This document shows, piece by piece, positions 48,790 through 61,478 of a stretch of 64,000 nt of DNA. Position numbers and translations under genes: made by a program. Below the pieces are notes generated by a model. That model did not search any database. It had not been told where the DNA came from and saw nothing but the letters and a program-made list of their open reading frames with translations. The stretch comes from Vicugna vicugna. Taxonomy: Eukaryota. Numbering within the stretch: the first letter of the stretch is position 1; each line of letters starts with the position of its first letter. The DNA is taken from NCBI GenBank assembly GCA_013265495.1, contig MU058717.1, positions 62,001 through 126,000 on the forward strand, written 5' to 3'.

Positions 48790-49522
48790 TTTGAAGTATA
48801 GTCAGTTGTATCAATGACAATGTTGTATCAATTTCTGGTGTATAGCATAATGTTTCAGTCATACATATACATACATATATTCACTTTCATGTTCTTTTTC
48901 ATTATAGGTTACTATAAAATATTGAATATAGTTCCCTGTGCTAATGCGGAAGAAACTTGTTGTTTATCTATTTTATATATAGTATTTAGTGTCTACAAAT
49001 CTTGAACTCCCAATTAATCCCTTCCCACCCACTTCCCCCCGGTAACCGTAAGTTTGTGTTCTATGTGTGAGTCTGTTTCTGTCTTGTAAATAAGTTCATT
49101 TGTGTCTTTTTTTTTTTAGATTCCATATATAAGTGATATCATATGGTATTTTTCTTTCTCTTTCTGTCTTACTTCACTTAGAATGGCAGTCTCCAGGTCC
49201 ATCCATATTGCTGCAATTGGCATTATTTTATTCTTTTTTATGGCTGAGTAGTATTCCATTGTATAAATATATCACAACTTCTTTATCTAGTCATCTGTCA
49301 GTGAGCATCTAGGTTGTTTCCATGTCTTGGCTATTGTAAATAGTGCTGCTATGAACATTGGGGTGCATGTATCTTTTCAAATTAGGGTTCCCTCCAGATA
49401 TATGCCCAGGAGTGGGATTGCTGGATCATATAAGTCAATTTTTAGTTTTTTGAGGAATTTCCGTACTGTTTTCCATAATGGCTGCACCAAACTACATCCC
49501 CACCAGCAGTATAGGAGGGTCC
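48750..49522 (-). mobile_element. Younger L1 3' fragment with (TTTA)n tail
   Basis: Antisense translation [40 protein letters not shown] is the L1 ORF2 C-terminus. Confidence 0.92.
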
Positions 49523-51279
49523 ATCCTTTTACTTGTAACTCACTGTTCCTTTCAACTCCTTTGGCCATTCACTCGTGGGTCTTCTGCCTGGGTCTTTCTC
49601 TTATCTGACACCCTTCCAGCTTAGCCCCCTGAATTATTTCTAACTTGGATGCTCTTTCCCCCACCACCCTTTTATGTAGCAAATATCTGGCAGAGAGAAG
49701 GGACAGAGAGGCTCCTGACTTGTCACCATCTTGAGGACAGCTCAGAATAATCCATGGAGTCCTGTTCTCACGGAGAAACTTGAAAAGGGAGAGGAGACTT
49801 TGGGATCTGAGCTCCCATCCCTGGCCTCTCTCCTCAGTGCTAGAACATGGGATTAAGTATCTGCTTTGCCCATTAATGATGAATAAGAATCAAACCAATC
49901 AAAACATTTCTTGGAAGATGAAAACTGCAACAGGATAAAAGGGAAACAGGCTGGGAGTAGTGGTTACAAGCGCAGTCTCTGGAAGCAGCCTATCTCATCT
50001 GGGTTTGAATTTCTGCTCCATCCCTTCGTGGCTGTATGGCCTTGGACAAGTCCCTTCACCTCTCTGTATCTCAGTTTCTGTATCTATAAAATGGAAATAA
50101 CAATAGTCTTTATCTCACAGGATTGTTAAGAGCATTAAAAAAATTAACACATGCAAAGCACTTATAATAGTGACAAGCACATAATAAGCTCTGTAGAAGT
50201 ATTAACTATTAGGGCGTATTTCCTATAATTTCAGAAATTTGTGGAAGAAAGCAGTTTCCTCCCTTTCTCAGAACCCATTACAAACAAAACAGCTAATGTT
50301 TATTGAGCATCTCCAGAATGCCAGTACTAAGCATTTTATATGAATTATCTCATAGGAGGTAGGAATTAATTATTCCTACCAAACAGGCAAAGAAACCAAG
50401 GATCAGCTGGCTAGGCACGGAGCTAGGTTTACAGCCCAAGAGGGTCTGACTCCCATGCCCATGCTCCTAACCACTGCATTTGTCACCTCCCACGAACTAG
50501 TTTCCTTGCTTGTAAAATAGTGGGAAAGCTGCTTGCTCTATTTATCTCACAGGATTGTTTTAAGATCTCAGTGACAATAGAAGAGGCAGAGCTTTAGGTA
50601 TTTGTACACAGTGCAGGTCCCCTGACAGGGAAACCTGGATATGTCACGACTCTTCACACCTCCATCCCTCTGTACCTGCCCTTCCCCCTCTTCTCTGCTA
50701 GTTGAACTCATTTCTTTAAGACTCAGCTCAGATCTCAGCACCCAGATTTCATTCTAACAATGGAGAGATTTAAGCCGGGGGGGGGGTGGCACATCAGACT
50801 TGCGTTTTGAAATGACTGATGTGGGGTTCCATGCTTAGCACTCTCGACTCCGAAATGACTAACTGCTGTGGGGAATGGAGCGTAGCAGGACCAGGGTACA
50901 GGAAAGCCACATAGAAGGTTCTGTAGGAGCAAAGGGAGAGACGGTGATGGAAACGGGGAGGAACGGTGGATTGGAAAGATATTTAGGGTGATGTATTTTA
51001 ATGTGAGCAGCGGAGAACAGTGAGGTGCCAAAGATGACTCCTAGTTCCTGGCTTGCTCGAGGATGTTTAATGAATGATTGAGAGGCCCTACGGCAGAAGC
51101 GTCTCGGACAGATGCCCCCGACCCCAACTCCTTGGCTTCCGAAGCTACATACCGGCACAGGGTGGAAGGGAGGAGGAGGAGAACGGGCACAGGGTCTCGG
51201 TCCAGGAGACTCTTCTTTTGGGGCCAGGGGACGTTTCCTCTCACGGCCCACAGTTTCCGCCTTGCTCCTCCACCCCTGC

Positions 51280-52480
51280 CAGCCGGGATGCGCAGCTCCC
51301 CTCTTAGCACCCTGGAGGAGTTGGCTCCTCGCCAGCGTCCGGGGGCGCGGCGCAGCGGCCCACCCCTCCACCCGCAACCCGCCTGGTTCCGGCGCCCACC
51401 CCGCCCAGTGCGCTGGAAGGCTGGGCGGCGGCTCTGTCCGTCCCGAAGCCAGGAACCGGGGGCTGCTGGGTGAGTCCTAGGGTCGAGGGCCCCCAGCCGC
51501 AGTGCACGTGCCCCGATGGACGGCAGCGGGTCCCCAGCCTCTCTTCCCTGGCGTGCGCCTTCTCGAGAGGTGCGCGTCTAAGCGTGCCAAGCGTGGCCGA
51601 GGGTGCCGGGGAGTCAAAGTGCGGGTGCTTGTAGATTGCATCCGGGCTGCTCCGGAGTCGGGGAGTACCTGGGGTGCGGGGACCGAGAGCCTGCGTGTCC
51701 CCGCGGCGGGTCCGCGCGGGTCAGCAGGGCGCAGCAAGTGTAAGGGAGCGCGCGGAGCCCGGCGAAGCGCCGAGGGGCCGGGCGGGTCGCGGGGAGGAAG
51801 GATGCGCGCCGGGAACTTTTTGCCCGCCCTGGAAGTCCGAGCGATCGCGCCCGCAGGGACTCCCGGTGGCCGCCGGGCGACCGGAGAGGAGCGCGTGTGC
51901 CCGCTGCCGCCCCTCCCCCACTTCCGCCTCCCGCCTCTTCCTCGTCCCCGGCTCCCAGGGCCCGTTCGTCCCGAGGGAGACCCGGCGGCGCAGCCCCACC
52001 CCAGCCAGCGCGGCCCGCTCCCACGCCCCCGCCGCCGTCTCGCCGGAGCGGACAGACTGAGTCAGCCGGGGCGCCGGGCGCGGCAGGTAGGGGCTCGGCG
52101 GCGGCGGGCGCAGGTGCCGCGGGAGGGCGTGGGGACCGGAGCACGAGTGGGACCGCCGGGGGGGCGCCCTCCGCCTCCCTCCCTTCCCCTGCGGTCGCGG
52201 CGTGTCCCCTTTTAGGGAATTCTTTCGCTCTCGCTGACTCCAGTGCGGGTGGGGCAGAGACCGAGAGGGAGCTCTCCCTTCCACTGGCCCCGGCTGGCCG
52301 GGCCCCTGGCCGCCTCCTGCCCCCACATCTCTTCAGATCTCTTCACCCCTCTTCCCTGCACCTTAAGTTACATAAACAACTCCCTTCTCTCCCCCGCACT
52401 CGGCTCCGCGGCTTCCCTGGGGGCAACCCCTTCAGTCGGGTGAGGTTGACGGGGTGAGGTGGGAGGAAAAGCGGTGTCCC
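51280..52480 (+). promoter_or_regulatory. DBNDD2: DBNDD2 CpG island with several candidate non-coding first exons
   Basis: Very CpG-rich; donors after 51469 (GG|gtgagt), 52086 (CAG|gtaggg), 52113 (CAG|gtgccg) and 52439 (CGG|gtgagg). Confidence 0.8.
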
Positions 52481-53232
52481 GGAGCCCCTGGTCTCCTCCA
52501 ACTCCCCAACCCTTTCTCGCCCTTCCCTGCCCCCTCTGCTAGAGCAAACAGCCTCAGGGGCCCTGGGTATTTTTAGCGTTGTGACCTGGGCGGCAGCACT
52601 AAAAGCCTTTCCCAGGAATCGGCGTCAGTGCCTCCCTCCTCCGCTGCCAGCCCCAGCCACATGGTTTCCCCACACTTCCTTGGCCCTGCCTGGCCCACTT
52701 GGGTGTAGGTCCCTTGCCGCCTGCCCCAGCACTGGTGGAGCTGGTCTGAGCGTCCCATACGCCGAATCCAGCGGAGGTGGGGAAGGCAGTCTGCGGAGGA
52801 TGATGATCTGGTCCTCAAGCTAGATAGTCCCTTGCCTCCAGTGATGGGCTCAGGGAAGGGATTGAGCGAATCCGGAATCCATGATGTTCTGGAAAGCTCC
52901 CAGCACAGGGGGCTAGGAGGCCTGGTCTGGATTGCACCCTTCCAATTGCTCCTTACTGACTACTAGGGAGATAAGACAGTGAGATGTATCAGAGGAGAGG
53001 AGCTCAAATAAAGAGCTGTGGGAGGCAGAGAAGAGATATGTCCTCTAAATAGCCCAGGGACCAGAGTTTTCCATTTTATAGAGCACCTTCACAAACAGTG
53101 TCTTGTGTTGGAGGCAGGTAGGAGGATTACGCCATTTTCAGATGGGGAGATTAAGGCTAGAAAGATGACTTCCTTAGAGGCAGAGCCAAGTCTATGGCTT
53201 CAGAGCACGGTTAGGAGGGGATGGTGGTGATT

Positions 53233-53258
53233 GTGTGTGTGTGTGTGTGTGTGCGCGC
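53233..53258. repeat. (TG)n(CG)n microsatellite
   Basis: Read directly; DBNDD2 intron 1. Confidence 0.9.
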
Positions 53259-53754
53259 AAAGAGTAGGGGAGAGGGTGCTTTAGCCTTTGTGTGGGTTTT
53301 GAAGGATGGGCAGGAACCAGAGTTGCAACGCTGGAGGAAGGAGACTTTCCTTTCTGAGATTTCTATCCTGTCCCCCCCCCCCACCGTTTGAGGGAAGGCT
53401 GGGTCCTCCCCATTTAAGCTGAACCAGTCCCTCCAACCCCTCTCAGAAGGGCATGATACTGAGACTTGGCCATTGGCTGCATTCCCTGAATACAGAGGAG
53501 CCTCTTTTGCTGTGCCTGGAACTGGCATCCCCTTTGTGGAGCTAGGGTCAGCCCTGCCTCTGTGTGAGACTTGAAGTTTGTGGTAAAGGACTTTGTTTCA
53601 GGGAAAGGAAGGAGGTAGTCAAGTCCAGAAGCCTCCAGGCAGCAACCAGAGGCCCCACTGCTGGGATGCTGGCTGCACTGGAGCTCCCCAAGCCCAGACC
53701 CCCCCAGTGTCCCCTCTTACCTTCATAGCTGTGCTTGCTCTTCCAGGAGCTGAC

Positions 53755-53893
53755 ATGGACCCAAATCCTCGGGCAGCCCTCGAACGCCAGCAGCTCCGCC
53801 TTCGGGAGCGGCAGAAATTCTTTGAGGACATTTTACAACCTGAGACAGAGTTTGTCTTCCCCTTATCCCACCTGCATCTCGAGTCGCACAGAC
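53755..53893 (+). CDS. DBNDD2: Dysbindin domain-containing 2, first coding exon (139 bp CDS)
   Basis: Acceptor ttccag|G at 53746/53747; gacATGG; MDPNPRAALERQQLRLRERQKFFEDILQPETEFVFPLSHLHLESHR; donor GAC|gtaagt. Confidence 0.97.
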
Positions 53894-54085
53894 GTAAGTT
53901 CTAAATCCTGGGGAGAGGGACTCGGGTGGGGTAGGAAGGAAGTCCTGTAGGTCCTGAATCTTGGGAGGCCCCTCCCCTGTTGTTTTCTTGGCCCTCCAAA
54001 CATCTACGTCCGGGCCTGACAGATATATCTGACCATCCTGTTGGCTGCAGCCTGACTCCCTGACTTGCCCCTTCTTGATCTGCAG

Positions 54086-54223
54086 CCCCTATAGGCAGTA
54101 TCTCGTCCATGGAAGTGAATGTGGATACGCTCGAGCAAGTGGAACTTATTGACCTTGGGGATCAGGATGGAGCAGACGTGTTCTTGCCTTGTGAAGATCC
54201 TCCCCCAACCCCCCAGACGTCTG
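54086..54223 (+). CDS. DBNDD2: DBNDD2 second coding exon (138 bp)
   Basis: tgcag|[48 protein letters not shown] (dysbindin motif); donor CTG|gtatgc. Confidence 0.95.
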
Positions 54224-55177
54224 GTATGCCCCTCTGCTTCGGGCACTTGGGCCCCAGTGAGTGAGGGTTCTGCAGTGCGGCCGCAAGGCTGGACTGGGGA
54301 AGTGGACATGTCGGGGCTAGGAGCGCGCATTTCTACCAACAAAACAGCTGTCTATTCTGCTTTTAGGGAAGTTGACCTTGAGGGAAGCTGGGTTACAAAT
54401 CCCTAATTCGAAACTCTCAGAATGCACAACCCCACTTAGCCTTTGTTAATTTTGCATGTGTGAAATTAAGGTAATTAATGAATATAATTGAATTAATGTA
54501 AAAAATGCGATTTTTATACTAGACAGCTTAAGCAGTTTTAGTCATCTTGATATTAATGTTTATTTAGCACTTTGTTAGGTTTTAATACTGTGCTAAAGCA
54601 TTTTACTTTACTGCTCTCTCAATCCCTACATGTCCTATTAGGACAGGGGATATTAATACCATTTTATAAAGAAGGACATTAGACTCAGAGAAGTTGTCAC
54701 ATAGCCAGAAAGGGGAAAAGTTGGCTCTGAATCATGGGTGTCCAACTCCAAAGCCTACGTGCTTAATTTATAAGATAGATATTCTCTTATTTAAAACTGC
54801 TACTATTTTTTGATGGCCTATTATGTGCTACACATTTTATAAGCATTCTCAGATTTCATCCTCGAAATCCTTCTGGAATATAGGTGTCCCTTTTTTACAG
54901 AGGAGGAGCAAAGTTCCTGAGAGGGCAAACGACTTGCCCAAAGATGCTCAATAGCAAGGAAGTGATGTAGGTAGAACTTGAACTCTTGACTGATTGACTT
55001 GACTCTAGAGCCCAGATGTGGTGTAGTGAAGTGGGAGGAACTGGGAGTCAGGAGGCTGGCTGAGTGACTGGTCAAGTCCCTGCCCCTCTCTGGGCCTCAA
55101 TGTCTCCTGGCCAGATCATCTCTGTGGATCCTCTGAAGCCCTGTTTGTGGCTCTGACCAGCTCTTCTCTCCGGGCAG

Positions 55178-55380
55178 GGGTAGACGACCATCCGGAGGAG
55201 CTGAGCCTGCCAATGCCCACGCCAGACAGGACCACATCCCGCACTTCCTCCTCGTCTTCTGACTCCTCCATCAACCCACACAGCCCAAATCCCAGTGACG
55301 GTGGAGCAGACACGCCCTTGGCACAGTCTGACGAGGAGGATGGGGGTGATGGCGGCGCAGAGCCTGGAGCCTGCAGCTAG
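55178..55380 (+). CDS. DBNDD2: DBNDD2 last coding exon (203 bp to stop)
   Basis: ggcag|GG; GVDDHPEELSLPMPTPDRTTSRTSSSSSDSS...GAEPGACS*. 139+138+203=480 nt =159 aa + stop. Confidence 0.96.
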
Positions 55381-55821
55381 CAGTGGGCCCCCACCTACAG
55401 ACTGACTGAGCTGGCTGTTCTCCACTTGAGACCCTAGATCCAGCCAGAGCCCTTCGGAGAAGACCAGATTCTACTTGCAGTAGGCACCTGAGGGAGGAAA
55501 GGATGGTGGGATGGTGTATCTTTCTAGGACTTAACCCGCTCCTGCTTTACTGCTAACTTTTTCCTGCTGCATCCCTCCCGCCAGTTTTTGGCTTCCTCCT
55601 GAGGTAGGGCTTGCCAGTGAGGAGATGGAAGATGAGATAGGACAAGAGGCCACTGCTTTTCTTAGCACTCTTCCCTCCCCCAAACTGTCCTGCAGTCTCC
55701 TGCTAGAGTCTCCTAAGCCAGTGTCTCTAAATGGACGTGAACTCCTTAACACTCCCAGTGAGATGGTACTCCAGCCATCCTGCTTCCTTACATCCTTTTT
55801 GGAACAGGGCATGGTATAAAT

Positions 55822-55827
55822 AATAAA
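55822..55827 (+). terminator. DBNDD2: DBNDD2 polyadenylation signal
   Basis: AATAAA about 440 nt after the stop, in an AT-rich patch followed by T-rich sequence. Confidence 0.75.
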
Positions 55828-57229
55828 TAGATAATAATATACCAACCATTCCACTTCATTTTTCACATTGTACAGATCTCACACCCACTGTATTTCTTTA
55901 GCTCCTACCCAATACCATATTCTCATCACTCATTTACTCCATTTATTCAAGAAATAATTATTGAACCCCTGTGCTGGACATTTGGAATACAGTTTTGAAC
56001 AAGAGGCTGTATCCCTGCCTTCGTGGAGGAGAAAACCACGTAAATACCACAGCTCACAGTGTGATATGTAGTGTGGTGAGGAGTCGTTCTGTTACAAAAC
56101 AGAGGCATCTTAACCTAGCTTGTACGGTCATTGAAGAGCTGATTTCTAAGCTGGGGTCCAAAGGATGAGCAGGAGTTACCCAGGTGGGATCTGTAATCCA
56201 GGCAGAAAGAGCAGCTTGGAGAGACTTTAAATGGAGAGAAATGTCCTGCAGAACTGAAAAACATTCAGCTTGGCTGAATTTTTGAATTTGAGCAGGAAAT
56301 GAAGGGACAGGTAAGACTGACAAAGGTCAGGTCAGGACATGCTTTGAAGCCTGTATCAAGTTTCAGTTTGACTGCTAGCAAAGTATCAGTGACTTCAGAT
56401 ACAAATTTTATTTCCTCATATGAAAGAAGTCCAAAGTACAGGGCTATGTGGTCGCTCCACAGTCACTGGGCACCCAGGTCCTTTTGGCTCTTTTTGCTCA
56501 GCCACCTAAGGCGCATGGCTGGGTTCTCATTGATATCTCATGTCCAGTATGGTTGTTGAGGCCCCAGCCATCATGTGGTTGAAACTGGTGGAAAGCAGGA
56601 GAAGAAATTGGGGATGGGCCAAAAAGGCACCGCCAGCTGTCTATTCCCACTTTGAGAAGCATTTTTGGACGTTCTAACCAATAGTATCCACTTCCATCTT
56701 ATTGGCTGGAACTTGGTAATGTGAGGAATGTTTCCCGGACATTTCATAGACATAGGGACACAGCATTATCTAGAAGAAAGGAGATTCTGGTCAAAAGCCA
56801 CTTCCAAAGATGCTTTGGAGAGATAATAACCCTTTCGATTTCAGCTACCAATGCTTCTGACTTCTCTGCTTCCTGCCAAACCTCTCAGAAGCACCCTGGA
56901 TGCTGAGGAGGCTGGGACCATCCTTTAGTAGGGCGCACTGCTGTCTTGATAAAATCAGCTACATTACTAAGAAACAAGAGAATAGTAGTGATTGGGTAGA
57001 TAACTAGCAGTTTCCATGTTAACAAATTTGAACTTTATTGGAAGTAATAAAGGATTACAAGTGGTTGAATTGCTTGTTATAAAGATAATTCTGGCTGCAG
57101 TGTAAAGATACTGGAAGAGGACAGGCACAGGACAGACGTGATAATCCATGCAAGAGATAATGGTGGCCCAGAAGACGGTGGGGATGGTTAGCCTAACTGG
57201 GCTGAGGCAGGAGATAAACGATTAAATGA

Positions 57230-58060
57230 CATTCAGTAAATACGAAATGTCAGTGTTAAACATGTGTAAGACACTGAACTTGGCCTTGGCAATGTGGTAG
57301 TGTCAAAAACAAAAAAAGACAGTCCTGCTCTTTGGGAGTTTAGGGTCTACTGGGGGCCCAAATGTCAAATTGCAACTAGGACTAGTGCTAGGAAGGAGTT
57401 AATAGCTTATTCAGAGAGGTCACGAGGTGCTTCCCTGGAGGAAGTGACTTTTGAGCTGAGATCTGAAGGATGAGTAGGAGTAGACTGGGGGAGAATGGCT
57501 GGAAGGATTCCTTGTAGGGAGTACTGATTGGAGGGGACCAGAGTGGATGCCTGGAAACCAGGAGACAACTGCAGCCATCTAGATGAGAGGTAATGGAAGA
57601 TGGTGGAGGTAGGGGTGTGTGTGTGTGTGTGTGTGTGTGCATGTGGAAAAATGGAAGGGATAAAGAAATATTTAGGAGGCAAATTCCAAAATAGTGGATA
57701 GGTGGGTGTGAGAGAGGAAGAGGTCAAGGGTGCCACCATTGCTCCTGCCTTGTACAACAGGATGGTTTGGAAGGTTCTTCCCCTAGATGGAGGGTTTAAG
57801 GAGAGAACCAGGTTTGGGAAGAAGGTCATAAATTGGGTTTTGGATATGTTGAGTTTGAGATGTTTTTGAGACCAAGAGGACATTTTGAGTAGGTACTTGG
57901 ACCCATGAGTGTGGGATGTAGATGAGAGGATTGGGCTGGAAAAATAAATAGATGAGTTATCAGTGTATAGGTGGCAAGTGTAGCCATGGGTGCGAGTGAG
58001 CTTGCCCAGGGAGAGTGTGGAATGAAGGGAGCGGGGGTTAAAGGACCTAGCCTTAAGGCA
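57230..58060 (-). mobile_element. L2 fragments with (TG)n at 57616-57639
   Basis: L2-typical motifs GGCTTCCCTGGAGGAAGTGACTTTTGAGCTGAGATCTGAAGGATGAGTAGGAG and TTTTGGATATGTTGAGTTTGAGATG. Confidence 0.65.
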
Positions 58061-59944
58061 CATCAAGTCATTTTTCACATCAGAAAAAATAAGTCATTCC
58101 ACTTCCTTTCATACATCAAACCACCCATGGGATGAGTGCCCTTCAGCCTAAATCTCAAAGCTCTTTGTGCCATCCAGGCTGAGTGACAGGGCTGAGGTCT
58201 TCCCACTAGCCCCACTTTGCTTCCAGACCTGCAGGAGGCCACTGTAAGTGACAGTTCTTAAGGGCTTTTTCTAGCGCTACTGAGAAACTTGTGGGAGTTT
58301 TGTGCCCCTTTTTCCCTGAAAGCCTCTGTGTTGAAGTTGAGATCATCCACTAAGCTGGGCCAAAGCCCAGTCTCATGTGAAATTCGGTGGTTTTGCTGGG
58401 TTACCACTGGCTTTGCTGCGCACAGAAGACATGGTCTCTGTCCTCTTGTGCTTTCTCTCTTCCTTTGGAGTAGCAAGCTCAACTTCCTGTCTGACTGTGG
58501 CTGAGCCTTCTCCTGGGCTGCACCCCATCATATCCGCAGCTCTGCTCTGCAGGGCTTCTCAGCTCTTGGGATCACCCCACTCCCCTCCAAGGTCAATGAT
58601 GGGAAGCTGGACTGGTGTGGTTGCCGTCAACATATCAATAACCCCAGGCACACAATTCTAAGATCTGTGGGCTGTGGGGCAAGAGCTTGCCTGGGGAGCA
58701 GGATCGACAGCCCTCTGGAGGGGGGAATTGTTCATGAGCCTACAGGGAGCCTTCAGTTCAGCTGCAATGAGCCCCAGCCCTGCCTGGGAAAGCCTAGGGT
58801 CTGCTGAGACCCCAGGACCACTTCCTGTTTGGACAATGACCTTTTCTTCTGCCAAACCACAGGGGCTTGGCTGGCCTTCCGAGCCAGCGTCTCCAGCTGA
58901 CTGTTTTTTTGAGGCCACACAGGGCTCCTGGAGATGGGGGGATGATTTGGAGCCAACTTTGAGGCAAGCAGCCCAGCTTTCAGTCTCCAGGCCACAGTGT
59001 GGCGTCTTCTGTCTGTTGCGTGGACTTGTCATAGACTCTGGAAAGGATGGAAGAAGACATCCTGTAGAATCCTGTGCTGTGGAGGAGATAGGAGGGACCA
59101 CATCTCAGGGGAAGATTCCCTAGACAGCTCACACTCTAGCAGTCCCCAGGGTGCACAGAACTTGATACTGTGAACAGCACTGCAGTGTGGGGACAACATG
59201 GAGCTGTGCGATGATGTTGTCTTGTTTGTTTGCTCATTCAAACATTCTGAGAACCCACTATGTGCTAGCCTCCTTGCTAAGGCAACTGAAATACTAGGCT
59301 GGCCAAGAGTTCTCCCAGGAAGAGACATGGCCACAGATAATGGAAATATAATGTCGGCTGTAGCACACTAGAGAGGGAGAAGGCTCTAGTCCTGGCTCCA
59401 TCACCCACTGTGATCTTAGGCAATTAGCTGAATCTCTGTACCTCAGTTTACTCATCTGTAAAATGGAGATAATAGTATCTACCTCATAGACTTGTTTGAG
59501 TAAATGTTATTACTCAGTAGATGTTATCAAGCACTTACTACATTCCAGATTCTACTGTACCTAATCTGTGATCCTTACAGCAACCCTGAGAGCAGGTTTA
59601 TCCATTTTACAAAGCAGGAAAAGTGACACTCGGGTTGCTCATGCTCGTATGGATTAAAGGTTGGTGTGGGGATTTGAACCTGACATCTAAGCTCATGGCC
59701 TTCCTTCTATTCTGTGTCTGGAGAGGCAGGAACACTGGATGTAAGTAGAATCAGGGCATATTGAGATAAAGACACCTTTTTGACACTTCCTCTCTGGTTA
59801 GTTAGGGCATATCTTGGCAGACCTGCCAGACACCAAGTTTGGCTCTTCAGAGAAGTATTATGAGTTTTACCAAGAGACTGTGCAAAAAGTCCTTCATGAA
59901 TGTGTTTCCCATTGGGCAGGTGGGAAAATCAAAACAGAAATTGT

Positions 59945-61030
59945 TTGGAACTCTTACAACTCAATAATAAAAAGGTAAGGAAGTACAAAAGAGGAGAGGT
60001 GGGAAAGATTTTAAGACACTTCACAAAAGAAAATATATGAATAGCTGATAAGCACATGAAAAGATGTTCAACATCACTAGGTACCAAGAAGCTGCAAATT
60101 AAAACCACGGTAAGATACTACTACATACACAGCCATGTGATGAAAACTAAAAAGCCTCCCAGATTAAAAACAAATGTTGTGGAGCAATGGGAGCGTGGGG
60201 CTCATACATAGTTGGTGCAAGTATGAAATGATACATTTTGGAGAAAGATCTAGCAGTTTCTTATAAAATTAAACTTAAACCTACTCTGACCACTCTTAAA
60301 TACTTACCCAAAGGATATAATAAGCATATGCTTACAAAGTAACTTGTGTAACAGCCTAGCTCATGAGAACTAGAAGCTTGAAAGAGCTTGGGCGTATATG
60401 GACAGGAAAATGGATAAAGTATGGTATATTCATCCAATGTAATACTACACAGAAATGAAAAGAAACAAATATGCAAGCAAATGAATGATTCTCAAAACAT
60501 TCTTCCCAGGAAAGAAGTCTTGCACAAAATATACTTACCATATGATGCTTTCATTTATACGAAACTCTGGAACAGATTAATCTATTCTGTGAAGGAAAAT
60601 CAGAACGGCGGTTGCCTCTGGAAGGCAGGGGGCACAAGGACTGACAAGGGGCATTAGCCAACTTTCAGGGGTTTTACGAATCTTCTGTAGCCTGATAGGA
60701 GTTGCACAAGGTTATCCATTTGTTGGACTCAGTGAATGTGCGTAATGAACTTCGGAGTTGTGCATCTCATTGTACGTAAATTTTACACCGAAAGAAAAAT
60801 GGAAACAAATATTGGACTCTAATGATATGCATGCTGAAATATATAAGGAGAAGTGTACTTATGCCTGAAATTTCTTTGAAATGCATCAAAACATTAGATG
60901 AATTGAGGGAGTTATAGACTGATATATGATAAATTAGAGTAAAATGTTAATGGTGGAATCTAGTGACGGGGAAACAGGTGTTCATTCTTTTAACATTCCT
61001 GTATGTTAGAAATTTTTCCATAATAAAAAC
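59945..61030 (+). mobile_element. Old L1 3' region (ORF2 end and 3' UTR)
   Basis: CAACTCAATAATAAAAA...CACATGAAAAGATGTTCAACATCACTAG...GCAAATTAAAACCAC are L1 ORF2-end motifs. Confidence 0.8.
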
Positions 61031-61359
61031 GCCAGTTATTTGAGGGTTTTGCGGGAAAGCCCTGCACCAGAGGGGCTACGCGAGGCTTAGGACCGAGCAA
61101 ACAGAGGACTAGAAGCGGAGGGAAGCAAGCCCCCGGCCGTGTGACCTCGCAAAAGGAACCTTTTTCAGTATGTTTCTTCATCTATCAGGGAGGCACAATG
61201 ACATTGGCGGCGCTTGGTATTATTAAGCATTTTCCGTGGGGAAGGCGGGGATCTGCAATCCCGGCCCCTCCCACACCTGTGCCCACAGCCCCTCAAGGTC
61301 TCTCAGCGCCTCTTTAGATCCATCAGCCCTGAACTGAAGGGCCTACCCAGGCCGTCCCT

Positions 61360-61478
61360 CTGGTAGACACACCCCGGCTTCCGGGACGGTACCGGAAGTC
61401 ACTGCTATGCGCTCTTCCTATTGGAGGGTGGCCCCTCGAGGGGGGCGGGATCGCTGGGAGGCGGAAGCAGCCGCAGGC
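61360..61478 (+). promoter_or_regulatory. PIGT: PIGT promoter
   Basis: ETS/GABP motifs CTTCCGG (61378) and ACCGGAAGT (61391-61399); reverse CCAAT at about 61420; GC box at 61441; CpG-rich. Confidence 0.75.

Noticed and set aside
51074..52457. Many long overlapping ORFs (up to 237 aa) on both strands
   Set aside because: Stop-codon depletion in a GC-rich CpG island gives low-complexity Arg/Pro/Gly/Ala translations. Only ATG 51802 is kept as a finding.
57407..58078. 223-aa minus-strand ORF
   Set aside because: Decayed L2 sequence plus a (CA)n run; no evidence of a host gene.
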